Shown here: positions 12,836 through 25,878 of the stretch, piece by piece
How the letters are laid out: every line of letters begins with the position of its first letter
Numbering within the stretch: the first letter of the stretch is position 1
DNA from: Camelus ferus
Taxonomy: Eukaryota
DNA length: 64,000 nucleotides
Assembly (NCBI RefSeq): GCF_009834535.1
Contig: NC_045701.1
Coordinates: forward strand, 6,076,001-6,140,000
Reading direction: 5' to 3'
Notes under the pieces: generated by a model
What the model saw: only the letters and a program-made list of their open reading frames with translations
The model's database searches: none
What the model was told of the DNA's origin: nothing
Made by a program: the position numbers and the translations under genes

Positions 12836-14248
12836 TCTATCTTCAAAAAATACAAACTTCCCAGGAATGTGAAACAAAAAAGTAAAAAACATCTCATACC
12901 CATTTTCATATAGATACTTAGACCACAAAATTGACTCACGGGTTCCCTGAGTGGATCCTAGCCCTCCACAGCTCAGAAACATTACTTTAGAGACTCATAG
13001 AAACTTCTGTTACTTGTTTAACCCCATCACACCAAGTCATCTTCTGTTCAAGTGGAGGATTATGTTCCCATCATGTTGACTGTACTTCTTTTCCAGACAT
13101 CGTCTGTTATGAAAAATCTAATAAAGGTACAATATTTAAAATGGTTTTCAATTAACCACACATTCAGATGGACACTGAACGAGCCCAGCCCAGCCACTAT
13201 TACACCAGGATGAGGCCTGCTATGATGGTGAATCGCAGGTGAACTGGGTATCTGTGCATCTGGAGCTGGAAGAACATCCTTCCAGAAGATGCTCCCTCAG
13301 TGTCCTGCTGACCCACCACAAGGGATGTGCTGGAGGCCACGCTCAGGGCCCGAGGCCTGGATAGGTCTACCCCCGTGCATTCCTAACTTGAGCATTTTGT
13401 TCAGCAGAAATGAAATCCAGAAAACATGAAAGCTGGTAACCAGGGGCGTGGAACTGGATATGCATCTGTTTTGGGTCTTCCAGTCTAGGAGTTTCTCACT
13501 TTTTATATTTATGTATACCAGGATCAACTGAAGCAAAGCTCCCTTTCTTTTACACACTCTTCTGAATGGGGAGAGCTAAAGAAAGCTGCACAAATTCCTA
13601 TTTGCTGAGTTCTTAACATTCCTCCAGCATCCAGACTTGAACCACCAAACTCAAATAAGCCACCGGTGAATGTTTGGTTTCAAAATTCCAGAGTCTGAGA
13701 TGACATGTGGTTCTTCTGGGCACGAACCCTGAGAAACCAAACAAACAGTCCAGTCACATTTGTAGTTACTCAACTCAGAGGGGGTTGTTCTGGTGTCCTG
13801 GGGATAGGGCACATGTTTCAATTGCCTAATCATGTGTAATTACCTAATATCATGTTTAATATGGCAGTGTGAGGTCCAACTATATCCGCAAATATGTAGG
13901 GGAGAGTTTGGGGGCTTAACTAGGTGTTTATCCCTAGGGTTGTGCTGCACTGATCTCACATTCAAAAATCGAAGGCTAGTGAACTAAGTCTTCTTTTAAT
14001 GCTCAATTTAATATATATACACATATATATAAATAAACATACTTCCCTTGTCGAAGGGAGAGAGCTGCATGTACACTGTCACATGTCTCCTCAGGCTGTG
14101 ACCAGAACACTCAGGGAGACCGAGTAGGCACAGTCTTCTGCTTAAACCCAGGGAGCCCCGCAGAGAGATGCCGACCTGGTGAAGGAGTGGCTTCCCCTCA
14201 CACATCACTTTGAGAGCCTGGGGCACAGCAGGCATCTCTAAGTCATTC

Positions 14249-14416
14249 TTTTTTATTTTTATTTTTTTGTTTTGTTTTGTTTGTCTTGTTTTGGGGAGGG
14301 GAGGTAATTAGGTTTGTTTATTTATTCATTTATTTTAACAGAAGTACTGGGGATTGAACCCAGGACCTTGTGCATGCTAAGCGCACACTCTACCACTTAG
14401 CTATATACCCCACCCC
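14249..14416 (-). mobile_element. Camelid tRNA-derived SINE (Vic-1 type)
   Basis: Minus strand GGGGTATATAGCTAAGTGGTAGAGTGTGCGCTTAGCATGCACAAGGTCCTGGGTTCAATCCCCAGTAC, then AATAAAT...CCTAATTACCTCCCC and an A-rich tail. A box at 14393-14403, B box at 14351-14360. Confidence 0.9.
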
Positions 14417-15683
14417 AAGGTTGTTATTTCTAACAGGAATCCAGAGCAAGGTATCCAGTCTCTCAGCTCCTCCCTTGAGCTGATAATCCAAATTACCACC
14501 ATCTTGGGAAGAGTTAAAAAACAAAATGTTTCCCCCTTTTTATAGCCTTTCCCATCTCTCCCAGGAAGCCTTCGAGACTTCCAGACCAAGCTGAGCGCTC
14601 CACTGGCTAAAACTGATTATCACTCAGTAACTATCCCGAGCAACTTACCTGAATTATTCATGCTCCTTCATTACTCTGAAATTGCTCCCTCTGTTTAACA
14701 AATCTCGCGGCTTGATTGTAAGTATTGAGCTATGTTTTATACTATGTTCATAATCCACATGGGTTTAAAACTCCATGAATACTTATTAGCTCTGTTGACT
14801 GAGTCTCAAACAGTGGGATGGGTTCTCCCCAACACACATCTGAGCTCCTGCAGAAAAAGCAAATTCACTTGTGCCCCAAAATGTGCATGGAAATCATTAA
14901 CTCACGCAAGTGCTAAGTTCCCCAACACAAACTGCTTCACCCCTAAGTAATCCAGATGAAGAGCTATCTAGAAGACAAAAGTCTAGGGAAGAAATTAAAA
15001 GCTACAGTCCTAAGTGGGGTCAGCATTCCAAGAGCAGGGAGAGCTTGGACAGGAAATGGCAGTTGTAGAGGTGGTTTTGCTAGTTTTTTCTATGTTTTAA
15101 ATTGAACCATGAATGACCCAATAAAACGGGCATACTGTTTTCAAACTCACACAAATTTGCTCTCCACTTCAGAGACAAAATAGTTGTTCAGCTTTCCAGA
15201 CCAGGGTATATTCCCCAAAGTCAATTAAACTGTAGCGGAATTGTCTCCCTTGGAAACACTAATAGCATCAATCATTGCTTCTGCTAGAAATCTGACTATT
15301 CAGACTAGGTCAACACTTTTGACTGACACTTAATATTTTTTTTTTTTAACACCTGTACTCTTTTATATATTCACAAAAAAAAAAAACCCTCAGGGACCAG
15401 AGTAAATCAGCTTTTTAGAGTATCACTAAGTTAGAATTATCATAAAACCAAAACCTTTTTCAGTTGGGACCAGGTTTCAGGAAACTTCTGCATGCTTATC
15501 AAATTATGTAGAAATCCTACCCAGTGATCTTAGATAAGTCACTTGTAGGATGAAGTGATAAAATCCTTCCTGGGAAAAGATCAGAATTATTGTCTTGAAT
15601 CATCTTTGCCAAGAAAGTTGAACCAAGATACAGATACTCCAGCACTGAATTATGCTTGCTTCTAGATTGTGTCTGGTATTTCT

Positions 15684-16449
15684 TTTATTTTATTTTAATT
15701 TTCTTTTTTTTTTTTTTCAAGTTGAAGTATAGTTAATTTACAATGTTGCACCTAGTTTGTGGTGTACAGCGTGTTTCAGTCATACGTATAATACATGTAT
15801 TCCTTTTCATATTCCTTTCCATTATAGGTTATTACAAGATATTGAATATAGTTTCCTATGCTGTACAGTAGAAACTTACTTTATATAGAGTACTTAGTAT
15901 TTACAATTCTCGAACTCCCAATTTATCCCTTCCTATCCTCTTTCCCCCTGGTAACCATAAGACTGTTTTCTATGTTTGTGAGTCTGTTTCTGTTTTGTAA
16001 GTGAGTTCATTGTGTTGTTTGTTTTTTTTTTTTTTTTAGATCCACATGTAAGTGATCTCATATGGTATTTCTCTTTCTCTTTCTGGCTTACTTCANNNNN
16101 NNNNNNNNNNNNNNNNNNNNNNNNNNNNNNNNNNNNNNNNNNNNNNNNNNNNNNNNNNNNNNNNNNNNNNNNNNNNNNNNNNNNNNNNNNNNNNNNNNNN
16201 NNNNNNNNNNNNNNNNNNNNNNNNNNNNNNNNNNNNNNNNNNNNNNNNNNNNNNNNNNNNNNNNNNNNNNNNNNNNNNNNNNNNNNNNNNNCTTTTTGAA
16301 TCAGAGTTTCCTCCAGATACATGGCCAGGAGTGGGATTGCTGGATCATATGGTAAGTCTGTTTTTAATTTTTTAAGGAATCTCCATACTGTTTTCCAATA
16401 ATGGCTGCACCAAACTACAGTCCCACCAACAGGGTAGGAGGGTTCCCTG
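15684..16449 (-). mobile_element. 5'-truncated lineage-type L1 (3' UTR and ORF2 end)
   Basis: T-rich tail on the + strand, L1 3' UTR, and an ORF2 C-terminal piece (EVSQKEKEKYH). 17-bp TSD ttgtgt(c/g)tggtatttct at 15667-15683 and 16450-16466. Confidence 0.93.
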
Positions 16450-17147
16450 TTGTGTGTGGTATTTCTGATATTGGTGTGCCCCAGGTTTTAGAATTCACAA
16501 TTAAAATAAAAATGGCCAAATCACCCTGTGCACCTTACCAAGAGACAGCTTCTACCCCCAGAACTAACCCCAGCTGTTGGAGTGCCTCAAGAAAACTTCC
16601 AAGCTACTTCCTTTCTTTAGCTTCTGTGAAAGTCACTGGTATTTATCTACACTGACCAGAATTAACTTCCCTGTGAACTGTAAACCTGGCAGCCAAAAAT
16701 GAAAGTAACTATACATGGACAATCATGGTAGGTCTACACAAGGGAGAGGCAGGGAACTATTCTTAATGAAGCCAGGCTTACTGGAAACCACAACGTAGAG
16801 TGGGCTGTGCATGATTGTAACACAGGTACTTCTTCTAAGATAGAAGACTTTGGATTTTAAAGCAACTGAAATGAAGGGTTTGGATGTTTTCAAAGTTTTT
16901 AATCTGTTCGCTCTCCTGGCTTCCCAGTACAGCCACATCAGATATTCCAGGTGTGACTAGCACGCCTACAGAGCCCTCCCCTCAGCTTGCTGCTAATGGA
17001 GGCATCTTCTCCACCACCTTCCTAAAACAGTGCCATCACTATCACCATACCCGCAGCAGGGATGTTCGGGGCTCCCCTCAATCCCCAGGCCAGAGCAACA
17101 AAGGCAGGGGGCCTGGTAACCTTTTAAAATGTACGACCTGTCCCAGT

Positions 17148-17295
17148 ACCCAGAGTCTTAACAAGTCTCCCCTGGGAGACTTTAAAATAGGGTCCCAGGT
17201 CCTACCCCGAGAGACTCTAAGATGGTGAGTCCAGGTCGGTTTAAGTCTGCATTGTCAAAGCTCCCCTAGGTGATTGTGGAAGATCAGCCAGGCTC
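17148..17295. mobile_element. MER5-family hAT-Charlie MITE
   Basis: cctgggagactttaaaat..gtcccaggtcctaccccgagaga..tctgcattgtcaaagctcccctaggtgatt. Confidence 0.6.
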
Positions 17296-18152
17296 AGGAG
17301 TCAATGCATACTAAATGCATATTACAAATAATGTAAGGGACACATTATAACCTCACCTGCAGGACATAGGGGCACTCTCCGGATACCCATACTTGCAACT
17401 TAACACAGGACATATGACACCAGGCACATTCATCAATAAACAAATGCCTTTCCCAGAGGTACCTGCCAACTTCACATGCCATCTTTTTTTTGTTTTGTTT
17501 TTTGAGAAAAGAGCATAAATAACTGTTTTAAAATGCTCTTCCTCTTCTCAGAAGCACCTTCAGTAGTGGGAAACCATCTACAGAGATTCTGCTGTGTGTA
17601 TGGAGAACCAAACTTAAGCAGCCCACTCTGGATGCAGCAGGTGGGGATGAAACTGCCCTTGAAATGGCCAGTGATCAAGGCAGGTCATCCTCTCTGCTGT
17701 CTTTCTTGAACTAAGTTTACAACCCTGCTCCTACTGCTCTTAAAATAAATCCTAGAGACACAAACCTTACATCTACATTAAACACAGTCCACAGAACCCA
17801 AATGAAGAAGGAAATGTCTGTGCATCCACGGAGACAAACAAACAGAAAGTATGTCTGGTGGTAAACCTTTCCCGAGCCATTAAGTGCACTCAAGTTGCAG
17901 GTGAGATGTCTCGGCCAGATGCGACTGCCTCTTCCCTCCATCCCCCTCCCATTTGCTCCTCCACCTAATTCCTGAAATTCTCTGTAAACATGCAAATTTA
18001 CCAAGGAAAGGTAACATTGTAAATTACGAATTTACATTTTTTGTCTTCTAACCAATAATGAATCTCCCATCCTTTGTTGGGAGCAGGCTGTGAAAAGGGG
18101 ACTGAGGAAACCAGAGACCATCAGAATGGGACGGAGAGAAGGATGGGGAGGT

Positions 18153-18207
18153 GAGGAGAGGGGAGGGAGGAGAGGGGAAGGAGGGGAGGGAAAGGAAGAG
18201 GAGGGGA
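18153..18207 (+). repeat. 55-nt pure polypurine (GA) tract with six runs of 3 or more G
   Basis: gaggagaggggagggaggagaggggaaggaggggagggaaaggaagaggagggga contains no pyrimidine. Confidence 0.95.
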
Positions 18208-19197
18208 TGAACATCCAAGAAAAGGAGCCTGAGAGTCCTGATGCTGCAACCACTTGCGGGCCCTCGGGATCCTCTCTTCTGAGAGCCAAGCTCGCGTGGC
18301 AGTGAGGGGATAACACATACGTCAGTCATCTCCCAAGGATTGCAATGATGCCTTCCAAGTAGTTGGCACCAGGCCCAGCCCTAGAAACAATCTTCAAGGA
18401 ACTTGGAGGCAATTCTGACATTGACTGAAAGGCAACTGTGATGGTGGCTGTGAGAAGGGGAGTCAGGGAGACTGCCCAAGGAAGAGGTCCCAAAGCTGAA
18501 ATACAATTTACACATCCACTGGCCAGTCCAGAGGGCAGGAGAGTGGCCTGCCAGGGATGGGCATGGAGGCAGGGCTGGGCTCACCAGGGATCTGGATCCC
18601 AATGGCCTTGTCCAGTGGCAAAGGAGGGTCTGTGGATCTCAAAAGGATGGGCGACCCGCCCTGCAGGTCAGAGAGACTCCTCTCCGACCACGACCTGGGG
18701 GACAAAGCGGGGCAGCTAAAGGAGGCAGAGGGTCTTTGAGGTACATGAAGGCTGTGCCCAAGGGAGCAGCAAGGGTGGCTTTCTGCTGGGAAAGAGCCCC
18801 TCCAAAGGTTTGCTGCAGACTCGTAACCTGGCTACATAACCAAAGAGAAGTGGAAAGAGAAAGAACATAGAAAGAAGGCAAGACTTGCTCTGCGGAAGTG
18901 TAGCAGGAAGGCTGTTCTTTGGAAAGGTGGCCTAGGTGGCAGCAGAGAAAACCCAAGCTCCACAGCAACACCGGGCTGCGAATCCAACTCCAGGAGGGAG
19001 CCATCAGAGGGAACACCTGCAGACAGACCACACCCACTGAACCAGGACTCCAAGCCATTACCCTCCTCCCTGAAGGAATTCTGAGATCTGCCTCACTGAC
19101 ACTGTCCCTGCCCCCTAACTTCCGGCTTTCTGGCTGGGTGTGTCCACTGCTCCACCCTAGTGCTCCACATGGGGAAAGGACTCAATATTGGGTAAGC

Positions 19198-19390
19198 TGA
19201 TGGTTCTCAACTAGAGTGACATTTGACAAGGCTGAGATATTTTGGTTGTCAAAACTGAGGGAGGGGGTGCTCCTAGCATCTAGGGAGCTTGAGACCATGG
19301 ATGCTGCTAAACATCCTACAATGCTCCCTGCCCCCAAATAGAATTAAATCAGCTCAAAATTTCAGTTGTGCCAAGGCTGAGAAACGCTAG
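19198..19390. mobile_element. MER20 hAT-Charlie MITE
   Basis: tggttctcaac..ttttggttgtcaaaact..gggggtgctcctagcatctag..atgctgctaaacatcctacaatgc..gtgccaaggctgagaaac. Confidence 0.88.
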
Positions 19391-20114
19391 GTTAAATGAA
19401 ATCAAAGTAAGATTGGCAGCAGTGGGCTCAGTGTGAGCAGGGGGGCAGGTATCTCTGGGACACCTGGGAGGCTGGGCCTGCTGCAGAAGGAGTAGGGCTG
19501 GGGTGCCCACCCATCTCCAACCTGGCAATGGCCAAGTCCCACCAATCTCTCACCCTGACTTTTCACCTCTGCTGCCTCTTCCCTCCACCCCCAAGCCCCA
19601 TTCGGGGGGCTCACCTCAAATCACTCAGGAAGTCAAGGGTATCTCAGAACAGGGGCTACAGCAAGGCCAAGATATAAGAAGCTTGGCCAAGGAGGATGAA
19701 AGCAAGAGAACATCACATGGACTGACCTGTTCTACGCCCCCAGCCATAAATCTGAGCAGGAATCACAAATTGTCCCACCCACCAAGTTTCTAAGAGACAC
19801 ACACTATCCCAGCCCTGCTCTTCAGACCCATAATTCCTAACACCCGTGGACAACAGCAAGCTAACTTGCATATTCCTCAAGATCAAGGTGCTCGGAACCC
19901 TGCCCTCCCATCACTGATACCAATACACCCACAGAAGCCCGGGAGCACCCAAGCCGACAGCCTCGGGTCCCGCTCCACACCTCCACTCCCTCACTGGTTC
20001 CACTGGCTCTGCCTCATGAAGACCCTCTGAACCAGCCCCTTGTCTCCCCTCTCTAGCCCCTCTGCCACCATTAACCCAGGTTCCCGTTATTTCTCACCCA
20101 ACTCGGGGCAACCC

Positions 20115-20295
20115 CTCCAGAACTAAGCTTTTCAAACTGCGGTAGGCTTGGAATGTAGAAGTGATGTTTGAGAGGCTTGTTAAAAATGCAGATTTAGCAG
20201 CTCGGGGATGGGGCAGAAGAATTGGCTATTTACAAAGCAACAAGGTGCCTCTGACCCAGATGCTCCCCGACCACACTCGGGCCAGCAGGCCTTGG
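20115..20295. mobile_element. MER5A-like MITE
   Basis: cttttcaaact..gagaggcttgttaaaaatgcagatt..ggggatggggc..ccccgaccacact. Confidence 0.65.
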
Positions 20296-20395
20296 AATCC
20301 CAGCGCCTGGAGAGCTGGCACTGCGGTCAGCTCTTGTTCCCAGCACTCACCACAAGACAAGACCTCCCAGAAAAATGTTTGCTGAGGGAATTAAA

Positions 20396-20422
20396 ACACA
20401 CACACACACACACACATACACA
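20396..20422. repeat. (CA)n microsatellite, interrupted
   Basis: acacacacacacacacacacatacacaca read directly. Confidence 0.9.
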
Positions 20423-21774
20423 CAAGCTGCAGACCAACTGGAAACCACAGAAGACAGGACTGCAAATCCAGCTTGCCCCCAGGGCCCCTGTCCAGTGACA
20501 CCAATGAGTTAAGAGCGAGTTTAGACAGATTTCCACCTTGGAGGCTCAGTCCCCATTATCATAGAAAGAACTCACCAGGCAGTCCAAAATGAATATATCT
20601 GGGCCTGAAATCTCTTGTCCACATTCCCTTTTCTTTCTTTCATGCCAATCCCTGCCCAAAGTGGGTGCCCCCAGACTCTCCCGGACCCTGCCCGCCTCCC
20701 CTCCCAGTCAGAGCCCAGGCACTGAGGGACCTACCCAGCTCCAGACAGAGCCAGGGGCCCCAGGAGGGCAGCAATGGCTTTGTTCCTCTGCACCTTCCAG
20801 GGTCCTGGGCCTAGTAAGTGTTTGCTAAAATGGTAACATCAGATGGGGGGAGAAGAAAGCTGAAATGTTGCAGGCTGTACCTTTCCCCTACTTTAAGCTG
20901 TGATACAGGCACTTGGCAGCCCCACAGAAAGGCCTGGAAAAAGTATGCAGGTGACAGCAGGAGTCACTTGTCAAACACCACACCAAGGGGCTCTCTAGGC
21001 CTCGGCCAGGCAGGGTCCCGGGACCAACCCTTCCATGCAAGTGCATCTGGCTGGGTCATGTTCCAGGCGTCCCATGCACTGCAGAAAGGCAATCCCCACA
21101 ACCAAGTCTCCCCACCCTCACCTGGTGAAGAGCCCTGAGGGGGAAATTCTGGACAGACACAAAAACCTGGTGGTTTTAAAGCCTTCCGACAGTTGTAACA
21201 CAGCTCTGGGCTGAAGGCTCTTTAAAATGACTTATTACACGTGGGGCAATGAGTGTTTCTCCCCAAAACAGGGATGGCAAGTTAACTGCAGGAACTATAG
21301 CTAAAATCAATGAGGCAAAAGCTTCACACCAAGCAGGTCCTATAGAAAGAAAGCCGGCAGGCTGAGACTCCAACCCCAGTGCAGCACATTCATGAGGTTT
21401 AATTCAACCCAAGAAGGGCACATCCTATGTGAAAGTTTTCACACAGCTTACACAACAAAGCATGGATATGCTGTCCTATCCATGGGAGGAGCCGAACGCC
21501 AAGGCAAGAAGATTTACTCCCTCAACCACAGGACTGATGGATGGAGGCAACTGCACGCCAGCCCCTTCCAGTCCTCTTGGGAGACATCCCTTGTGAAATC
21601 CAACCCTCTCTTAGAAAAATCCACCCAGCCTCTAGGATCCCAAGAAGGGTTTGTTTCATGACTGGATACCACGGAAGTCAATGCCACTGTACCTCCACCG
21701 CGAGGTGAGACCGAGGGGCCGCCTGAGTGGTGGGGCTGACCAGGCTGCTTGGTGGACACACATCCCCGGCTGAG

Positions 21775-21985
21775 AGCTGACAGCACAGAGGATACCTGGC
21801 TGCACATGAAAATCACCTCGGGCTCTTTTAAGAAAAATAAGGATGCTTGGGTTGCAGCAATGATGTTTCAGATGAAACTGGTCTTGGGCACGGCAGGGCA
21901 GAGGTGCAGGGAGATGCTGGGCACTGGTGTGGCTTAAAAGCTCCCAGGTGAGCCTAAAACGCAGTCAGACTTGAGACTCACCGAA
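21775..21985. mobile_element. MER5B-like MITE
   Basis: ctggctgcacatgaaaatcacctcgggctcttttaagaaaaat..ttaaaagctcccaggtgagcctaa..gcagtcagacttgagactcac. Confidence 0.65.
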
Positions 21986-22309
21986 TAGTCCCCAGGAGGA
22001 AGCCAGTTATATAGCTGGAGGAGACCCAGGCAGCTGCTGTGGCTGTGCGAGGACAGCTCTCCGCCATCTGCTGCCAGCCTCAGACTCCACCCCTCCCACC
22101 CCTGCAGACCTCACTCAAAAAAGACAGGAGCAGGCCTGTCAGAGGCCTCACCACTTAGCTTCCCACCCTTCCTACGGCCACTCACAACTCCAGCTGCCTC
22201 CCAGAAGAGAAGCCCAGTCCATGGCCACTGGTAGGGAACTGCTGGATGCTCACAGAGTTCGCTGCCCACAACCATCCTGTCACTACCTTCTGGAGGCTTA
22301 AGAGAAGTC

Positions 22310-22548
22310 ATCAGGGAGCACTTCCTCTGCCAGGCCTCGTGCTAAGTGCCTTAAGTGCATGATCTCAGTGAATCCCACTGCCACCCACCGAGGCCTTTAA
22401 CTGTCCTTATCCCCATTTGACAGATGAGGAAAGGGAGGCACGGACAGTTCAGAGCTCATCCAGGGTGTCACAGCAACCTGTGCCAGGAGGACCAGGATTC
22501 TAATCCAGGTGGGAGGCTCTAAATCTTGGCTTCTAACCACTCTGCTCC
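22310..22548. mobile_element. MIR SINE, nearly full length
   Basis: gagcacttcctctgccaggc..gctaagtgc..atccccatttgacagatgaggaaa..ggattctaatccaggt..cttctaaccac. Confidence 0.85.
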
Positions 22549-24644
22549 TCAGACCACGTCTCGTTACGATTAACATTTAGGTCAGCTGTGGGAGAGAGGG
22601 AACATTACCAAGTGAAAGCAGAGTCCATTAAAGCCCTGAATTTGACATCTGAAAAATGGATTTCATCAGTATAGATGGGGGGTATCTGATTCTTGCTGGC
22701 AGCTCATGCGGAGAAGATGTGTGGTTTCAGGGACCATCCATTCATATACATCTGCAGAGTATCTATTACAGGTCAGATGCAGGGGCTGGGCGCTGGTGAC
22801 ATGGAGACACACAGAGCACACTCTCTGGATGACCTTCTAAGAGCTAATGTGATTCTGAGGTCCTCCTCCTCCCAGGAGAAGCCAGCCTCACCCTGCTTTG
22901 CACTGGGCCGATCACACGGGGGGCCTTCAAGGCAGCTGTCTATGGGCTCGTCTGACCGATTGGGTGGTTATTCCACGTTGGTTGTAAAGACCAGAGGCCA
23001 CACTCCACGCTAGACCCTCTAAATCAATCTCTGGGAGAGGTTCCAAGCACTGCCAGCTTATAAGTTTCTAACAGCTGGGCTGAGAACTGGTATCTCAGCC
23101 AAGATTGAGAACCAGTAGACAAAGGATGGAACCAAGAAGGTAAAAAATCCAGAAACCACACCCAAGGAGTTGTTGAAGAGGGGCTGAGTAAGAGAGACGA
23201 CATCTAGCCTGGATAAAAGACGGCCCGAGGACGGGAATGGAGCAGGAGGACTTTCCTGCGGAAGGCATTTCTACATTGCTGCTGCGGTGCCAGGGGACAG
23301 CATTAGGACCAACAGGTGGACAATGGCTGGAGGATGACAACCCCCAAGAAAAGGAACTCCTGGTACCTTCAATTTGGAGACTTTCAGGCTCCTCCTAACT
23401 CTGGTCCTCATGCTCTGAAAAGCTGTGGAGTAAATGACCTACTGCTCAGATAATTTGAGAGAAGACAATTATTGTAATACAGTAAAAACTGCGATTTTAA
23501 ATTAACAGCAATTAACTGCTTTTGGTGTTCTAGACAAGAAACAACCTGAAGTTACGCCCTCATTAGTGTGTACATTCAGGGAGTGGGGAGGTTCTAAAGA
23601 TTCACATTTTGGGGTCTCACCTCTACCCTGCACATCTGTACTTTAAACAATCATCTCAGGTGATTCACCTCCGACAGAGGTGATGCTGGGACTCTGAGAA
23701 AGCCAACCGCTGGACAAGCAAGTCTGACAATAAGAATGAGTCCTTAAAACCCTCCCTGACCACTGTGATCACTCCTTTTTTAAAATCTCTGATAGTAAGT
23801 AACACTCATTCTAAGTTTCATATGCAACCTTAAGCTGTTTTCCTTCTTATGCAGATACACGTATAGGTGTGAATGTCAACCTCCCCAACAAGCGAGATGG
23901 CACTTAACATCCCCTTTCTGTGCTCAGAAAACACCAAGGAGAATATCCCGCACGTAGGAGTGCTCAAAGGATGTTTTCTGAACGACTGAATAATACACAC
24001 TCAACTAATTTTTAAAGTCAGGACTGGTTAACCATAATCATCCAAAGTGGTATGAAATTCTATTGGAAATATTCATTCAACTCAAACTTCAGTATCTTTT
24101 AAAGCATTTAACTTTTTTTTACATGCAGTTCAACTAGTTGGCAGAGTACTTCCTGGCCTACATACAACTTGACTATGAATGGATCAAATTCTGAACCACA
24201 CGGCTTTCAAGCACATCTGCTATAAAGCGTGTCAGTGTTTTGAATCTCCCAGGTTTATAAAGCTGATTGGTGTCACTGTTCTTCGACTGGGGGCCTAATG
24301 TAAAAAATCAGAAGGAAACAAAGTTGTATCAAAGAGGAACCTCAAAAAGCCCTGGTGGGGGCCCATCTGTCGGGAAGTAGACCTGATGGAGTTGTCAGGA
24401 AACAAAGAATTCAGGCTTCCCCCTGGAACACAGCAACCTTAATGGAAAAGGATGCTTTCCCCTTCTTGCCCTCAGGAAGATACTGTATTAAGATCAGGAC
24501 GGTGCTCCAATGGTTTAGAATTTGTTAAGTGGCCAGCTCTGTTCCTTACATATGCAGGTCATTGAGGCAGACGCCAGAAAGCAACCCTCCTCTCCAGGAA
24601 CTTCTGACACCAGCAGCTTCCTTATGGCCTTCAAGCCCATTTCT

Positions 24645-25878
24645 TTCTTTTTTTTTTTTTTTCAACATTTTTTTATTGATTTATAATCATTTTACAGTGT
24701 TGTGTCAAATTCCAGTGTAGAGCACAATTTTTCAATTATACATGAACATATATATACTCATTGTCACATTTTTTTCTCTGTGAGCTACCATAAGATCTTG
24801 TATATATTTCCCTGTGCTATACAGTATAATCTTGTTTATCTATTCTACAATTTTGAAATCCTGTCTATCCCTTCCCACCCCCTGCCCCCTTGGCAACCAC
24901 AAGTTTGTATTTTATGTCTATGAGTCTATTTCTGTTTTGTATTTATGCTTTGTTTGTTTGTTTTTTAGATTCCATATATAAGGGATCTCAAATGGTATTT
25001 TTCTTTCTCTTTCTGGCTTACTTCACTTAGAATGACATTCTTCAGGAGCATCCATGTTGCTGCAAATNNNNNNNNNNNNNNNNNNNNNNNNNNNNNNNNN
25101 NNNNNNNNNNNNNNNNNNNNNNNNNNNNNNNNNNNNNNNNNNNNNNNNNNNNNNNNNNNNNNNNNNNNNNNNNNNNNNNNNNNNNNNNNNNNNNNNNNNN
25201 NNNNNNNNNNNNNNNNNNNNNNATCCTGAAGTAGGGTTCCTTCTGGATATATGCCCAGGAGTGGGATTCCTGGGTCATACAGTAANNNNNNNNNNNNNNN
25301 NNNNNNNNNNNNNNNNNNNNNNNNNNNNNNNNNNNNNNNNNNNNNNNNNNNNNNNNNNNNNNNNNNNNNNNNNNNNNNNNNNNNNNNNNNNNNNNNNNNN
25401 NNNNNNNNNNNNNNNNNNNNNNNNNNNNNNNNNNNNNNNNNNNNNNNNNNNNNNNNNNNNNNNNNNNNNNNNNNNNNNNNNNNNNNNNNNNNNNNNNNNN
25501 NNNNNNNNNNNNNNNNNNNNNNNNNNNATGTATGTCTTCCTTGGAGAATTGCTTGTTTAGGTCTTTTGCCCATTTTTGGATTGGGTTGTTTGATTTTTCT
25601 TATTAAGTCGTATGAGCTGCTCATATATTCTGGAGATCAAGCCTTTGTCGGTTTCATTTGTAAAAATTTTCTCCCATTCCGTAAGTTGTCCTTTTGTTTT
25701 ACTGATGGTTTTCTTTGCTGTGCAGAAGTTTGTAATTTTCATTAGGTCCCATTTGTTTATTCTTGCTTTTATTTCTATTGCTTGAGTAGATTGTTCTAGG
25801 AGAACATTTCTGAGATGTATGTCAGATAATGTTTTGCCTACATTTTCTTCTAGGAGGTTTATTGTATCTTGTCTTATG
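24645..25878 (-). mobile_element. Young 5'-truncated L1 (~1.23 kb) with perfect 15-bp TSD
   Basis: TSD ttcaagcccatttct at 24630-24644 and 25879-25893. Poly(T) on the + strand, 3' UTR and ORF2 C-terminal sequence. Confidence 0.96.
24965..25878 (-). pseudogene. L1 ORF2p C-terminal remnant (frameshifted, partly N)
   Basis: Peptides IRQDTINLLEENVGKTL, INKWDLMKITNFCTAKKTI, EWEKIF, YDPGIPLLGIYP and FAATWMLLKNVILSEVSQ are characteristic L1 ORF2 motifs, split over two frames. Confidence 0.92.

Noticed and set aside
14340-14416. tRNA-like sequence with A and B boxes
   Set aside because: It is the head of a SINE: it continues into the SINE body and A-rich tail and lacks a proper acceptor stem.
14235-14435. 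Target-site duplication around the SINE
   Set aside because: I could not find a convincing matching pair in the flanks.
14643-14693. Perfect minus-strand donor CAG|GTAAGT
   Set aside because: The nearby acceptors have poor pyrimidine tracts and the candidate exons contain stops.
19609-19680. 41-nt minus-strand exon candidate with good splice sites
   Set aside because: Stops in all frames, no ATG, nothing to separate it from background pseudo-exons.
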